A DNA stretch of 64,000 nt, from the IMG/VR virus record IMGVR_UViG_3300032516_005094; one strand, 5' to 3'. The notes below the pieces were generated by a model. The model searched no databases. It had not been told where the DNA came from and was given only the letters and a program-made list of their open reading frames with translations. The DNA comes from a virus. Both the position numbers and the translations under genes were made by a program. Positions 38,125 through 50,700 of this stretch are shown one piece after another; position 1 is the first letter of the stretch; each line of letters begins with the position of its first letter.

Positions 38125-41100
38125 TCACAAATTATCCGCAGTTGAACTAGCGGCTAAACCTGCTGCCGTACTACCACCTAGCCAGTTTCCTCTGGCAAAG
38201 ACAGAAGTAGCCGGTCCATTAACGTAATTAGTAAAACCACTAAAGCGTAAACCAGATATTGATTGGTAACCAGTAGTTAGTTGAAATGCAATTGTAGAAC
38301 TCGTAGACGTTAATACCGTATTGTAGCCAGATCCTATAACAGTAATACCTACAGGTACATTTATTGCGCTGCTGATACTATAATTACCGGCACCTATAAA
38401 TACTGTTTTTATCTGGTCATCGTTTTCTGCCGCATCAACGGCAGCTTGAATACAAGCATCTGTCAATCCGACAAAATCACCACGCCCTAAATGCGAAGCA
38501 ACAGTATAACAAGTTTTATCTAAGTTTTCAGGAGCGCCAAATATTTTTGTATTAACCGCACCATCTATTAAAGGAAACATAGGCGTAGAAACTATTTCAT
38601 ACCGAGTTGTAATTTCAGAACCAAATATATTTCTTTCAAATATATTATCTCTACCTTCAACTCGTATGCCTACTCCAGTACCCTCAAACCTAAATCCTGC
38701 TATACGGCACCGACTAGCTTCGACAGTTATTAAAGGATCACCACCGGACAAAATCACGTCCGAACCCCAAGCCTCTAAATCAATATCATTGCGGCTTTGT
38801 GGTATGGTGAAACCAGTATATGTACCTGGAAGCACAACTATTTTAGCGCCGGTCAAAATATTCCAGGTTAAACTAGCCGAGGCAGGCATGGTAAAGTCCC
38901 ATGGCTTACTATCGTCACGCTCTACAACAATTCCTGTAGCATCCTCAATACTCACAATTTTGAAACTGCCGGTATTGTTACTGCCAGCTACCGTGCTCCT
39001 AATATAGATATACCTATTTAATACATCTACATAATTAGGATCGCTTTGATCTAAAAACTCTAACAAAACAGGCGTTGAATAATCACGGAATATCGCCTGA
39101 TTAGAATTCATCCCCGCAGTGATAGCGCCCGTATTGGTTGAGTTTGGTGAATAAGGCAATTGATTAAGAGCAATATCAATTCCGCTTGGACCATTTATAT
39201 CTCCAAACGAACGCTTACCATCACCCACAGTCCAGGAAGCAATACCGTCAATTGGTGCTCCTGTTTTTTTGGTAAATACGGAGCGAGAACCAGACTTAAA
39301 ATTATATTTACGTTCAGCGGTAATAAGACTATTGCCTGCCTCTACAAACGTAACATTGTCTATCGTATTTTCATTACCGTTAACCGTGACACCGTACATA
39401 TTGTAGCCGGTATCTATATTATTCAAAGCCTCTAAATGCAGGTCTTTAATCGTATTAAAGTCACCTGAGAGGTTCACTACCTCTAAATCACCCGCAAGAT
39501 GATTAGCTTGAATTTTAGTGCTGTAACCCGCACCTTCTATAAAATAATTATCTCTATCGACGCCTGGGTTAATGGCATTGAATATACCAGCACCTACTTT
39601 TAACTTAGTCCCACTAGGCTCGTTTAACAGAGCTTGGTTGATGGCGTCCGCACCACAATAATCACCAAAGCTAGTTGTACCGTCGCCAATAGTTACTATA
39701 CCCGCAGTGTTTGCCCTTGCCGTATTTGCAGCAAACAAAGGATGGAAATTGTAATGACGAGCATTTGTTACTGGTAATTTTAATTTTACGTTTACAGCAG
39801 CGGAGAACGTCACACTGGATTCAAAAATATTATATGTGCCACTACAATCAATACCTGTAGCGCCGTCACAGACCAAATTTTCAAACTTATTACCGTTACC
39901 AGAGACGGTTATAGATGTCGGACCATTTATGAAAACTTCATTAGCACCGTACCCTTTAAAATAAAAATTATCTTTAGTACAAGTAAAAGAGTTATAAGTA
40001 CCAGGATAAATTAAAATTACGTCACCCGCTTCTGCAACAGCAATCGCGTCATTAATGGCGCTGGGTGAATTAAAATCACCAGTAAATTCACCTAAGATCC
40101 CATCAGTACAAGTATAAGCTCCTGTAAGATTTTTCTTAGAGAAAAAAGTGCCTCCAGCTTGCTGTATAGGTGTTGCTGAAAAATTTCTTGATACCAAATC
40201 TGTAAACTTTGGGTTGACTATGTCTGGTGTACTTGCATTTTCAGTAAAGTTAATTGCAACAGAACAAGAATCAATGACAGCGTCGTTTAATTTAAAATTA
40301 GCTGCATTGACATTTAAAGCAAACATCGCTGCCGACACCGTATGATTGCCAGTTCCTTGAGAATTAAAATCTACGGCACTGCCCGATGCGGTTAAAGCAA
40401 GCTGAAAAGTATTATCTGTTTTATTTATGATGTAATACGTTAAGCCCGAAATTATGCCAGTAGGTAAAGTTCCAGATGTTATTATATTTACAGCCATGCC
40501 TGCTTTAAAGACATGTGCTATACTCGTAATAACATCCGTTCCAGAATTCCAATTTGAAAAATTAATTGAAGCACTAGGTGATGCGGTATCGTTTTTTATA
40601 ACCGCGCCCTTACTAAATTCTAAAGTTATATCATCAGTGGATATAATACACTGACCTGAATATGTACCAGGCAGTAACTTAACCGTATCTCCTGATTTAA
40701 CCACATTCATCGCTCTGGTATGGGCATCGGTCCCCGTAAAATGACCAACCGATGTTACACCATCACCACAAAGTATTTCCGCTCCCCACTCCCTAGCATT
40801 TCCTGCTTGGTAAGGGTACATTTCAATACAACCAGCCGTTGTATCAATTACGATACCAGTATTAGTTGAATTACTTTTTACTGCTACCGATGCAAACAGC
40901 CATTCACCTTGTGTAAAAGCTAAATTTGGTAACGCTACGTCTTCCAGATTTAAATGGAATATATTATCAGTACTTTTTTCTATGTAATTAGCTATGTGAT
41001 AAACATTAACTTTACCTGTTTGATTTAATGTCAACACATAACGTGTCCATGTGTTTGCAGCAGGCAAAGTCACCAGAGTAAACGAATTTACAATTCCTGC

Positions 41101-43725
41101 AGTACCAGTTCCTGTTAAAAAATTAATATCAAACGTATCACTTATCGTTGCGAATGTTCCCGATACAGCACGTCTATATTTATAATTTTGTAAATTAGAC
41201 GACACAAAAAGATCAGCAGGTAAGGTCACTGTAGTATTGGCTACACCAATACCTTTATTAAAACGTAACTCACTTACTTTATTTTGAATGTCTCGCAAAT
41301 CTGCAGGTATTATACGCTGCGGTCCGGCAAGCATATCGTAACCTACTAGCCGTGTCCGTTCTTGGCTTGCCGACGAATATAATATTGCAGCATCACCATT
41401 ATCAATATTTTGGCTTAATTTTACAAAAAGTTTTACTGGGTTACCTAGCGTAGCATCATCGAGTTTCGGGTAAATTCCAAGGGAATCCGCATCGGACGAC
41501 GGGTTTAGAACATCTGATAATCCTGAATTTTTATATAACTGTTCGACTGTAACTTTAGAAAAGTCTACTTGTGTATATTCTACAGGACCACCAGGATATG
41601 CGACTGGATCTAAGGAATCCTTAAAAACAACATTAAAGAATTTAAAACCGCTAGTAGTTTCATTACCTACAACCCAACGTCCACTAGGTAGTTCTATGCT
41701 GTTGTTACCTTCGCTAATTGTTATGTTACGTCTTTCACCGCGCCATCTCGCTTCTGTGAGAAATCTATTAGTTCCGCTTGGAACTTCTGTGTCTGCACCG
41801 ACTAGCGCATCGCCTAAGTCAGCGGTTAAGACTGAGCTATCTTGCTGGGTAACAAAACGGTTTGTAGACGAGGGAACACCCCGTGTACCACTTAAGGCGT
41901 CTTTTTCATTTTCTGTTAAATGCTTCTCATTTAACAAAAGATTTCTACGGTGAAAATCTAATAGGGTAGAAGTAGCAGCAGAGGTAAGGTTTTTAAAAAC
42001 TGTACCATCAAATCCCCAAAGGTCTAAAGTGCCTTCATCACCGAACTCTACAACATAAATATCACCCACTCGCAAATCTATAGGTGCATCAAGACCGGAC
42101 AGTGGATCTAACCCACCTGTAAAAGTATTTCCACTCAGCACAATTTGTTTTTGTGCCGAAGTATAACCAGGCTCACTGGAAGCCAAAGTATAGCTGTTAC
42201 CTAAAACTCCTGCATCTTTAACTTGTAACTGTAAAGATGAACCAATAGCGGTAGCTTTTATTAGTGGAGCTAGCCTCGAACTAGTAAAAGAATTTTCAAA
42301 ATGTTCTGCTGTTGTAGCCGCATTCTCACCAATTTCTACAGCATTAGTAGGTAAGGACAATCCAGATTTAGATACTTGACCTAGCCCACTTACTGCCGTG
42401 GGATATCCACTCATTTTAAAAGTAAAAGTCTGGGAATCTATAACTGTATCTACAACACTATTTACATTAAAAGAAGGATCGGCAACTCCTGTAATAACTA
42501 TAGGCATAGTTTGAACTAAACCATGCTGAACACCTGGAGCAGTTTTAGCTATTACGCTGCATATAACGTCTGATTTAATGGCGTTTCCATTACCACTAGC
42601 CTGATATACCGTATGCGTGCCTGTACCCGCATCACTTAAATCAATCTCGGAACCATTAGAGGTTAATGATACTTTAAAAGTATTGGCAAGAGCACTAACA
42701 ACATAATAAATAGTCGTGTTATTCAATCCAGCAGGTAAATTTCCAGAGGATGAAAAGATAACTTGTTGACCATTTAACAAACCATGATTTGTTTTATTTA
42801 TTGTATTTTCAACTATATCTACGGTAAAAGTAAAATACTTACCTACTTCAATAGTTGAATTATCATTTTTCTTAAATCTAAATTCCTTAGAAGATACTAT
42901 AGAGGATACAGACCAGACACCATTTACATTGGCGGCTGGAGTATCAGACAACCTAATGCCATCACCTGTACTTAAATTATGAGCAGTTGTGGTTGTTACA
43001 GTTACGGTATCGGAAGTACCTAATTTATTTATAGAAACGATATTAACTTGACTTGGATTAACACGCGACAATCCTGGTATATTTAAATCACCAAGTTTAA
43101 AATTTATAGCCGGTACAAAAGGAAATATCTCAGAAATAGCTCCTGCCGCAATCGTTACGGTAGTGTTTTCAGCAAAATTATTGCCCACGAGATTTACTTC
43201 GGCATAAGCAGGAAAACCGCTTACCGCTGGGAGATCCGCTACAGTAGATACAACCCCTCGTACAATATTACGCCTAAAACCCTCTACTGAATCGCGGAAA
43301 GAAAGGTCTATGTCTGAAGGTAAAACTTTTATTGCGCCTGCCGGAGGACTAACTAAACCAAGTCTAACGAGTGATTCTTTATCAGGATCTATATCAAATT
43401 CACCTAAAGTCATGACTTCTAATGAAGCTATAGGTGCGCTACCTACAAGATATTTTGCTCTTAAGACTACTACATTTGTAAGACCTGCTTTTACCGGCAA
43501 GACGTATTCGGAGTTTTTATTTCTTAAAACCATCCCTTCAGGTGAAATCGCTAAAAATACCCAAGGTTCTCCAGCAGTTCCAACAACTCTGATCTGAAGG
43601 GAGTTCGGTTCTGGTATTAAATTACCACCGCGAAAAATACCTTTAGGTACAAGACCGGCTAATCTAGCGTTTATATTTTCGGTGCTGTCTGTATTGCGAA
43701 ATCCTAATAAAGTTTCAATCGTCAT
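38125..43725 (-). CDS. Large tail fibre/spike protein (1866 aa) with repeated beta-helix starts
   Basis: Five GD(F)xG...AI..A.....GD.V....GTY units and two TLP/YY/GTH modules. Confidence 0.75.
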   Translation of the reverse strand: MTIETLLGFRNTDSTENINARLAGLVPKGIFRGGNLIPEPNSLQIRVVGTAGEPWVFLAISPEGMVLRNKNSEYVLPVKAGLTNVVVLRAKYLVGSAPIASLEVMTLGEFDIDPDKESLVRLGLVSPPAGAIKVLPSDIDLSFRDSVEGFRRNIVRGVVSTVADLPAVSGFPAYAEVNLVGNNFAENTTVTIAAGAISEIFPFVPAINFKLGDLNIPGLSRVNPSQVNIVSINKLGTSDTVTVTTTTAHNLSTGDGIRLSDTPAANVNGVWSVSSIVSSKEFRFKKNDNSTIEVGKYFTFTVDIVENTINKTNHGLLNGQQVIFSSSGNLPAGLNNTTIYYVVSALANTFKVSLTSNGSEIDLSDAGTGTHTVYQASGNGNAIKSDVICSVIAKTAPGVQHGLVQTMPIVITGVADPSFNVNSVVDTVIDSQTFTFKMSGYPTAVSGLGQVSKSGLSLPTNAVEIGENAATTAEHFENSFTSSRLAPLIKATAIGSSLQLQVKDAGVLGNSYTLASSEPGYTSAQKQIVLSGNTFTGGLDPLSGLDAPIDLRVGDIYVVEFGDEGTLDLWGFDGTVFKNLTSAATSTLLDFHRRNLLLNEKHLTENEKDALSGTRGVPSSTNRFVTQQDSSVLTADLGDALVGADTEVPSGTNRFLTEARWRGERRNITISEGNNSIELPSGRWVVGNETTSGFKFFNVVFKDSLDPVAYPGGPVEYTQVDFSKVTVEQLYKNSGLSDVLNPSSDADSLGIYPKLDDATLGNPVKLFVKLSQNIDNGDAAILYSSASQERTRLVGYDMLAGPQRIIPADLRDIQNKVSELRFNKGIGVANTTVTLPADLFVSSNLQNYKYRRAVSGTFATISDTFDINFLTGTGTAGIVNSFTLVTLPAANTWTRYVLTLNQTGKVNVYHIANYIEKSTDNIFHLNLEDVALPNLAFTQGEWLFASVAVKSNSTNTGIVIDTTAGCIEMYPYQAGNAREWGAEILCGDGVTSVGHFTGTDAHTRAMNVVKSGDTVKLLPGTYSGQCIISTDDITLEFSKGAVIKNDTASPSASINFSNWNSGTDVITSIAHVFKAGMAVNIITSGTLPTGIISGLTYYIINKTDNTFQLALTASGSAVDFNSQGTGNHTVSAAMFALNVNAANFKLNDAVIDSCSVAINFTENASTPDIVNPKFTDLVSRNFSATPIQQAGGTFFSKKNLTGAYTCTDGILGEFTGDFNSPSAINDAIAVAEAGDVILIYPGTYNSFTCTKDNFYFKGYGANEVFINGPTSITVSGNGNKFENLVCDGATGIDCSGTYNIFESSVTFSAAVNVKLKLPVTNARHYNFHPLFAANTARANTAGIVTIGDGTTSFGDYCGADAINQALLNEPSGTKLKVGAGIFNAINPGVDRDNYFIEGAGYSTKIQANHLAGDLEVVNLSGDFNTIKDLHLEALNNIDTGYNMYGVTVNGNENTIDNVTFVEAGNSLITAERKYNFKSGSRSVFTKKTGAPIDGIASWTVGDGKRSFGDINGPSGIDIALNQLPYSPNSTNTGAITAGMNSNQAIFRDYSTPVLLEFLDQSDPNYVDVLNRYIYIRSTVAGSNNTGSFKIVSIEDATGIVVERDDSKPWDFTMPASASLTWNILTGAKIVVLPGTYTGFTIPQSRNDIDLEAWGSDVILSGGDPLITVEASRCRIAGFRFEGTGVGIRVEGRDNIFERNIFGSEITTRYEIVSTPMFPLIDGAVNTKIFGAPENLDKTCYTVASHLGRGDFVGLTDACIQAAVDAAENDDQIKTVFIGAGNYSISSAINVPVGITVIGSGYNTVLTSTSSTIAFQLTTGYQSISGLRFSGFTNYVNGPATSVFARGNWLGGSTAAGLAASSTADNL

Positions 43726-43737
43726 GCCAGTCCCGTC

Positions 43738-44703
43738 TTAAGTTTGTAAATTTACAATAAAGGTTTCACGCGCTGAAGACAGCTTGTATGATGCGGGGAA
43801 GTTAGCTATAGCATACAAAAAAGTACTGCCTATCGCGGGAGCACCAGCAGGTGTGGAATCTAAATTCGTAACCGTCAACACTCCATCTCCACTACTAGTA
43901 AAGTTTATTGGTGCTCCATTAGTTGTCTCAGATAATTTAAATGTATTGAGTGTAGCATACACTACATAATAAGTTTTATTTGGTAACAGTCCTGCAGGAA
44001 TCGTTTTATTAGAAAGTAAACTAACAGGTGTGTTATTAGCTAAACCATGATTGGTAACGCTAAAAGTATCATCCGTCGTCAGTCTTACCGAATGTGTTCC
44101 TGTACCTACAGAAGTCAATGCTAATGCTGTACCACCAGAGGTTAAAGATACCTGGAATGAATTTGTGATAGCGTTTACAACATAATATTCCGTTGTGGCA
44201 GTTAACCCAACAGGTAAGGTTCCATCAGTAGAGAAAATAACTTTGTTAGTATTCACAAAACCATGTGTCGGTACATTGAAAAACGAAGTATGAGTAGGAG
44301 CTACGTCTAAATAAATAGCCAAAGGTGTAAAAGTCTTTTCAGAATTACCCGCTATCACTTCCGAAGGTGTCAGCAAGATAGAGGACTGAGGAATGAAAGT
44401 AACCGTTGCTATCAAAGCAAAATTAGAAATCTGACCTACTCCTTGTCCTGGCTGGAGAACACAAGTCCACTGGGGACAAGTAGGGCTTACAAGCATACCG
44501 CTATCAATTGGCTGCGGTCCAAAAAATTGTCCTGGCAGGTCCGTTACATCCAAGTCTAAAGGTAGCGCCAATGTCGGATTACTAGGATCGTGACCACCAG
44601 AACCTACGGAAAAATAGTCGATGCGAAAACCATAGCCATACAAAAGACCTTGTGCTTCATATTTACGAGCTGTATTTGTTAAGCTAACGATAATGTCTGT
44701 CAT
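43738..44703 (-). CDS. Baseplate/fibre-collar-like structural protein
   Basis: Paralogue of 37048-38115 (GSGGHDP.NP; LYAIANFP); two tandem TLP/YY/GTH modules. Confidence 0.6.
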   Translation of the reverse strand: MTDIIVSLTNTARKYEAQGLLYGYGFRIDYFSVGSGGHDPSNPTLALPLDLDVTDLPGQFFGPQPIDSGMLVSPTCPQWTCVLQPGQGVGQISNFALIATVTFIPQSSILLTPSEVIAGNSEKTFTPLAIYLDVAPTHTSFFNVPTHGFVNTNKVIFSTDGTLPVGLTATTEYYVVNAITNSFQVSLTSGGTALALTSVGTGTHSVRLTTDDTFSVTNHGLANNTPVSLLSNKTIPAGLLPNKTYYVVYATLNTFKLSETTNGAPINFTSSGDGVLTVTNLDSTPAGAPAIGSTFLYAIANFPASYKLSSARETFIVNLQT

Positions 44704-44712
44704 GTAAATCCT

Positions 44713-47700
44713 TTACGAATTAAACACCACTATATTTTCAAATTTACCCGCTACATGCTGAAACTTCATTCCGCTCAACATACTGTCTGCCGTTGCAATA
44801 TTAAAGACCACAAAGTAGTGATATCCTGTGCCGTTAGGCGGTAGTCCCTGTACCAGCAATAAATGTCCTAATACACTGAAATTCTGCTTCTGAATACCAT
44901 CCAAGGCACCTACTTCTTGTACGGCTAATGAATCTATAGTCAGAGGCGTAATAAAAAACTCTTTTAAAAATTCTTTATTTCTTGTGTAGTATTTTACAGG
45001 ATTAGCTAGAACTGTATTCTCTATATTACCATAAGTTAATTTCGTTTTAGAATATAGAGTAAAATATCGCTCACGTACTTCACCTAGTACTAAAGCATAA
45101 GAATTTTGTGTATAGTCAAGGTTTGACCAGTAGGTAAGCGGGTTAGCAACACTGTCTAAAGTAAGTGTCCCCGTATTTGGGAATTGTAATACCAAATGAC
45201 TGCCCGTAGCACTTGCATCTAACAGATACACAATAGGTCCAGTTATTGTGTATGCAGTGCCGCTGTTAGGTGCTGTTATTTTCCATGTACCTTTAATCGT
45301 TAAAGCCTTCATTGCTTCAAGTCTTAAAAGGTTTGTCGCTGGTAAATATGAGGCACTTATAGATACCATAGCACCGAAATATAAAAGACCAGCACCAGGA
45401 CCGCCCTGTATTCGAGTATTGCCGCAAATTAAAGGAAATTCTCTCGCATCAACCGCATTTAAACTGCCGGAAGGTAAGTTTGCGTCTGAAAATAAATTAC
45501 TTGGCGATGCGTCCGCTGCGTAAGGATAGCGGAGTGTTAAAAAGGTCCCAGGCTCACGTTCAGCTATAGGCAAGTTATCTCTATATGAGATAATATTATA
45601 ATCGTAATCGTATTCGACTATGAGCGGTCTACTAGCACTGGCATACTCCTCTCTGTAACACCGATTACCTAAAGTAAGTAAACGCCCAGATCCTAAAGCG
45701 GAATCACCTAAAGTTTTAAATCCGTTACGGCTGATACGGATAGAATAATGTCTATCTGTTCTACCAGATCGTTCGGCACTGTATAATAATTTACCGTCGC
45801 TGGTAAAAGAGTGGTCACCGTAGTCAATTTCTTCCTCACCTAAAAAGCCTATTAAACGCCCTTTAGCAGCAAAAATATTTGCAACGTCTGTCGCAGTAGC
45901 TGGGAATCTAAATACGCCCATTTCTTGATTATCAACGGCTGTACCGGCTTGTGTTAAAGGAGAAGCAACAACAATGGCATCGTTGCTAATATAATATCGG
46001 GGATTAAAAACTCTATTATAGACATCAGATATATCGCTGCTATACACACTAAAACCTGAGACGTAAGAATTAGATTTAGCAATCCTAGCATTAGCACCGT
46101 CATACCCTCCGAAAACCCAGTATTGACCAAGACTATTTACAGCCAATACCGGTTTATTAAATCCCCCACCTGTAATTTGACCACTAGTCGCCCATTGATT
46201 CAAGGAATGTACTCTATAAAAAATAAGCAAATTACTAGAAATATCCGAAGTACATAAAACAATGTCACCGTTATTTACTAAAATAGGTTTGCATGGATTT
46301 AACCCTGCATTAGCTACCATCTCAGCAAGTGTTTTATCGCCGGATACGGCACCTATAGTTTCTAAACTCCAGTCACCTGCCTCTGTTCGCCTATAGAAAG
46401 CGACTTGACCACCTTCTCTTGAATTATCTTGAACTACAATGTCCCAAGTAGCCGTAACGGTATTATATAAAATTCGAGGCGTAGAGCCACAAGCTGATAT
46501 ACCTGCAGGATTTAGTGGTGCAAAACCACCACGCTCGTAGGCTAGTACTGTTTCAGTTTCAATATCCCAAAGTAAAAAACTTAATACGTTACCTATACCG
46601 CTATTAGCATATACAAAGGCTACCTGTGTTCCATTTGTGGCAAAATCATAGTCTCCAGTAATGGCACCTAAATTAGTGACATCATAATTTCCACGCAAAG
46701 TAACATGATTTGGCGTCAGTTCTGTCTGTCTTGTTCGTCTCGAAGAATCGGCAATCCATAAATAACCACCCCGATTAACACCCGACCATAAACTGCCTTC
46801 TTTAATGCCGTTACTTGTACGCTTTATATGTTTTACATAAGATCCAGCCTCACTCCAAAAAATTCCATCACCTAAGCCAGGATCTAAACCAATACCTGCG
46901 GCTTGAATATTTGCTGTATCAGTTTTTGCCCAACTACCGACCGATACGCTTGGTTCTCCACCTCTCAGCGAGCCGACTTGTGGAATATAAATAGAGGTTC
47001 CCGTACTACTAAAACCTAGTAATTTAGATGTATATTCCAATTTACTAAAAGAAATAACAGAGGTAAAATTAGAATTACTTCCCCCTAAAGTGATGGTAAT
47101 AAACCCTTGACTACACAATAAATAAAAAACATAAGGAGAGTTAAGACTGTCTGTATTATCCCCTGTAATTTTATTTGTAATAAGTGCTTTAGTAGACGGT
47201 ATAGTGAATTGATTTAAGTTTGATTTTATATTAGTCCAGCCAGCAAAGTTTGCGACGACTTCGTGGTGTGCAAAGAAAACAGTATAATTGTCTGCTCTTT
47301 GAACTGCAAAAAAGTTAGTTCTAGAAGGTGCATGATAAAATGCGCCTAAGAAAATATCTGCTGAGTTAGCTGTGGCATGTATGACAACAACGTCCACACC
47401 AGCACCAGCAGCTTCAGCGAGACGAACTCCTGTATAAGATCCTGAAGATCTATTATAATTAAATACTGTAGGTCTATTACTCCTAGCATTGTCTGCAACA
47501 TAGAAATTTATAGCCGTAGGAGATACCGCAGCATATCCCTTTAACTTAGTGGCTCCCGTAGCTACATATAAAAAGCTGTTAGCTACGGCAGCAGGCACAA
47601 GTGTATCACTTACGTCAGATACAGAATTTGTAAGAGTGGTAGATGTCCAGTTACCTGTCGTACCATTTCTTTTCCAAACGGTAGGTCTATTACTCCGCGC

Positions 47701-50700
47701 TGGGTTACTAACTAAAACCCAGAGATCTCCAGCACTGTAAGTGTCATAAATTGCAATACATCCCTGTGACGTACCTGACACACCTAATATCTGAGTAGTC
47801 CAAGTCCAAGTTAAAGCGTCTACATTGTAAGAGCTTATTTGAGCAGTAAAGGCACCTGTAGAAGTTTTTGCACCTAAAGCTATAACTTCTTGTTTTATAG
47901 GGTTTAATACCCAATAATGAGTTTGAAAATCATCAAAATCACCCTGTACACTATATAAATAAGAGGTATCTTTACCTCCACCTAAAATAAAATTATAAGA
48001 GTTATTGGTGTAGACAGCTAACCAAGCACCAGAAAATTCGTCGTATGCAAAATTTATAAGATCAAAAGACGAAAAATCGAGTATTTGAGAATACCAATAT
48101 GTTCCAGCGAAATTAATTAGTTTACCTTTTGAACAAGGCAAGCCTGTCGTATAGGAAACTCCGTTGTCTAAAGTCTCAAATAAGTCTTTAGTGTCCCTTA
48201 AAGTATTATACGCGGAGTCTTTTAGACTTGGACCTAATAATCCACGGTCCCCAACATCTTGTGTATATGCTCTTGGTACATAGTTTAAGGTATTATTTTT
48301 TAAACTATACCTAACTGTATAACCATTTAGTGTCGTAAAATAGGTAAAGTTATCAGTTTGAAGTGCATAATCCGCTTGCCCTCCTAGAGGGAATGCTCCA
48401 AGAATTCGACTTGAAGCAAACGGTAATAGTATAGAAGTATATTCGTCAATTACCGGACTATATGTAGCCCAAGTGTTCAAATAAGGGTTATACGCTGCAA
48501 TTGCACCTGCCGTCGTCAAAATGCCAATAGATACTCCAACAAAACTAAGTGCTGTAAAGTCAGGTACAAGTGGGTGACCTGTAACTTTTGACCAACTGCT
48601 ACTTACGCTGTCAAAAACATAAAGACCGGATGTAGGAACTAAAGCATAGGTCAACTTAAATGCTTGAACTATATGAGTAGGTCTTGAGGGTAAACCTACT
48701 GTAGTATCTAAGTAATTTCCAGCTACCGGATCTGTAGAAAACTCAGCATCCGAAGTAACTGGTTCTAAACTTAAGTTAGTCCTCTCATATAAATTTTCTA
48801 AAAGTTTAGATTGGGCACCTAATTTTGTAGTAAGGTCTGCAGCGGTTCCCGCAGCAAATCCATTAAATGGTGCTGAAGGATTTTTAATATCAGTTACACC
48901 TATAAACCTAGCCAATGGCAGCAGCGTACCTTCAATATCAAACGAGGTCATGCCTGTCAAAAGCCTAAAACCCTCTAACCAAATTGCCTGGTTACCACCT
49001 AAGCCTACTGCTAAAACAAGACGCCATGCATCTGTAGATGCAGTAAGTGGTAAAGGGTAGGCGGCAACCATAGGAGTTAAAACTATATCAGCAGCATCTA
49101 ATGTTTGATTGATTTCTACATAAAGAACTTGTCCTGCATCTAAAGCATAACTTGCAGAATTAACTACCCACCTACCTGCTCTAGCTAAAGTAGAGTGAAT
49201 GTAAAAAGTAGGAACTGATAAATTGCTGCCGTCCCAAGAACCCACACCAGCCGTAGGTACTCCAGTGGGATCGTAAGTAGGATCGTTTGAAGATAAAAAG
49301 AAATTTCTTTCCTCAAAGCTTCTTTGTAAAAATAGGTCTAAGTTACTAAGTATATCTGTTAAATTATCTGCACCATTTGTCGTAAAATTATTACTTAAAG
49401 TCGCGCTTGATGTAGAAAGCGTAGGCTGTCCTGTATAATTTGCAAGCGGGAGAGCAAAGTTATTTTGATTTACATTTGGTGTGTTCGGGGTGTTGCCGTA
49501 CCTAACCGATGTGGTGCCATAATCATAAGAGAGGATTAAAGAATCATTCGATCCGAAATGGTTACCGACCAAACGAGTATTTGAAACAGAATCGGATAGT
49601 ATTAAGTATGAATATCCGACCAAAGTAGAATCGAAATATGAATTAAAACAACCACAGTCGTTACCTTCAACTTTTAAAGCACCATAATTAAAACTACCAA
49701 CAAATGAACACCAATTTATATTATTTTGGAAACTTTGTAAAATTATCCCCTGCGATGCTGCACTTGCCGTATCTTCAATACGGCAGGATATTACTTTATT
49801 TCTATACCCCGCTACCTGAAGTCCTGCGTATGTAAAATTAGTTATTAAACATTTTTCAATAATACATTTTTCACCGGATATCTTAACGACAGCTTTTGTC
49901 GTTGCTGATGGTGCTTGTATTTGTAGTTTGTCTAATCGACTGGAGGAACCAGTTAATTCAAATGCAGAAAAATTACCACCAGCTACTATGATGGCTGTTT
50001 GGGGATGTACGCCCTCAATGCATATACCTGAAGGTACTGTAATGGTCTTAGTGAAATTATATGTACCAGGAATAACTATAATCCAACCACCATTAGCATT
50101 GCGCGTCAAAATAAAATTAATAGCCTGAGCAAAAGCCGTGTCGTCGTCTGATTCAAAATCAGCATTAGATCCCGCAGGTCCAACGGTGACAAATCCCTTT
50201 TTGCCTAACAGTTGATTAGTTAAATAACTATTTGTAATTAAGGCATTACTTGAATTAGGAGTGTCGGAAGCGTTTAGGGCAGCAATTTGGTTAGAAGATA
50301 AGCCTGTTAAGTTAGTTGTCTTTAATACATTATCCCAAGGATCTCTTAAGCGTACATTAAATGCCTTTAAAAGAGAGTGTACGCCTGTACCTTGATCGGT
50401 CAAAGTAATTGCAGAACCTTGGTATGTTGCTGAAAGCCCAAAATTATTGGCATCAATATATTTGACATAATAAGTAGTAAATGCCTGCAAAGGTGCAGGT
50501 AGCGTTGTTGTTGTGTAAAAATAAACAGCTTGCCCGTCTATTAAACCATGGGAATTTATGTTAATTACTAAACCTGTAAATCCAACAACAACACTAGACA
50601 ACCAAAGGGCTGTAGCCGTAAATTGCGTCCAATTATTGCCCGCATCACTAGAAACATAAGCAAGCTGACTAGGAGCATCCGCGACAACTACAACCTGACC

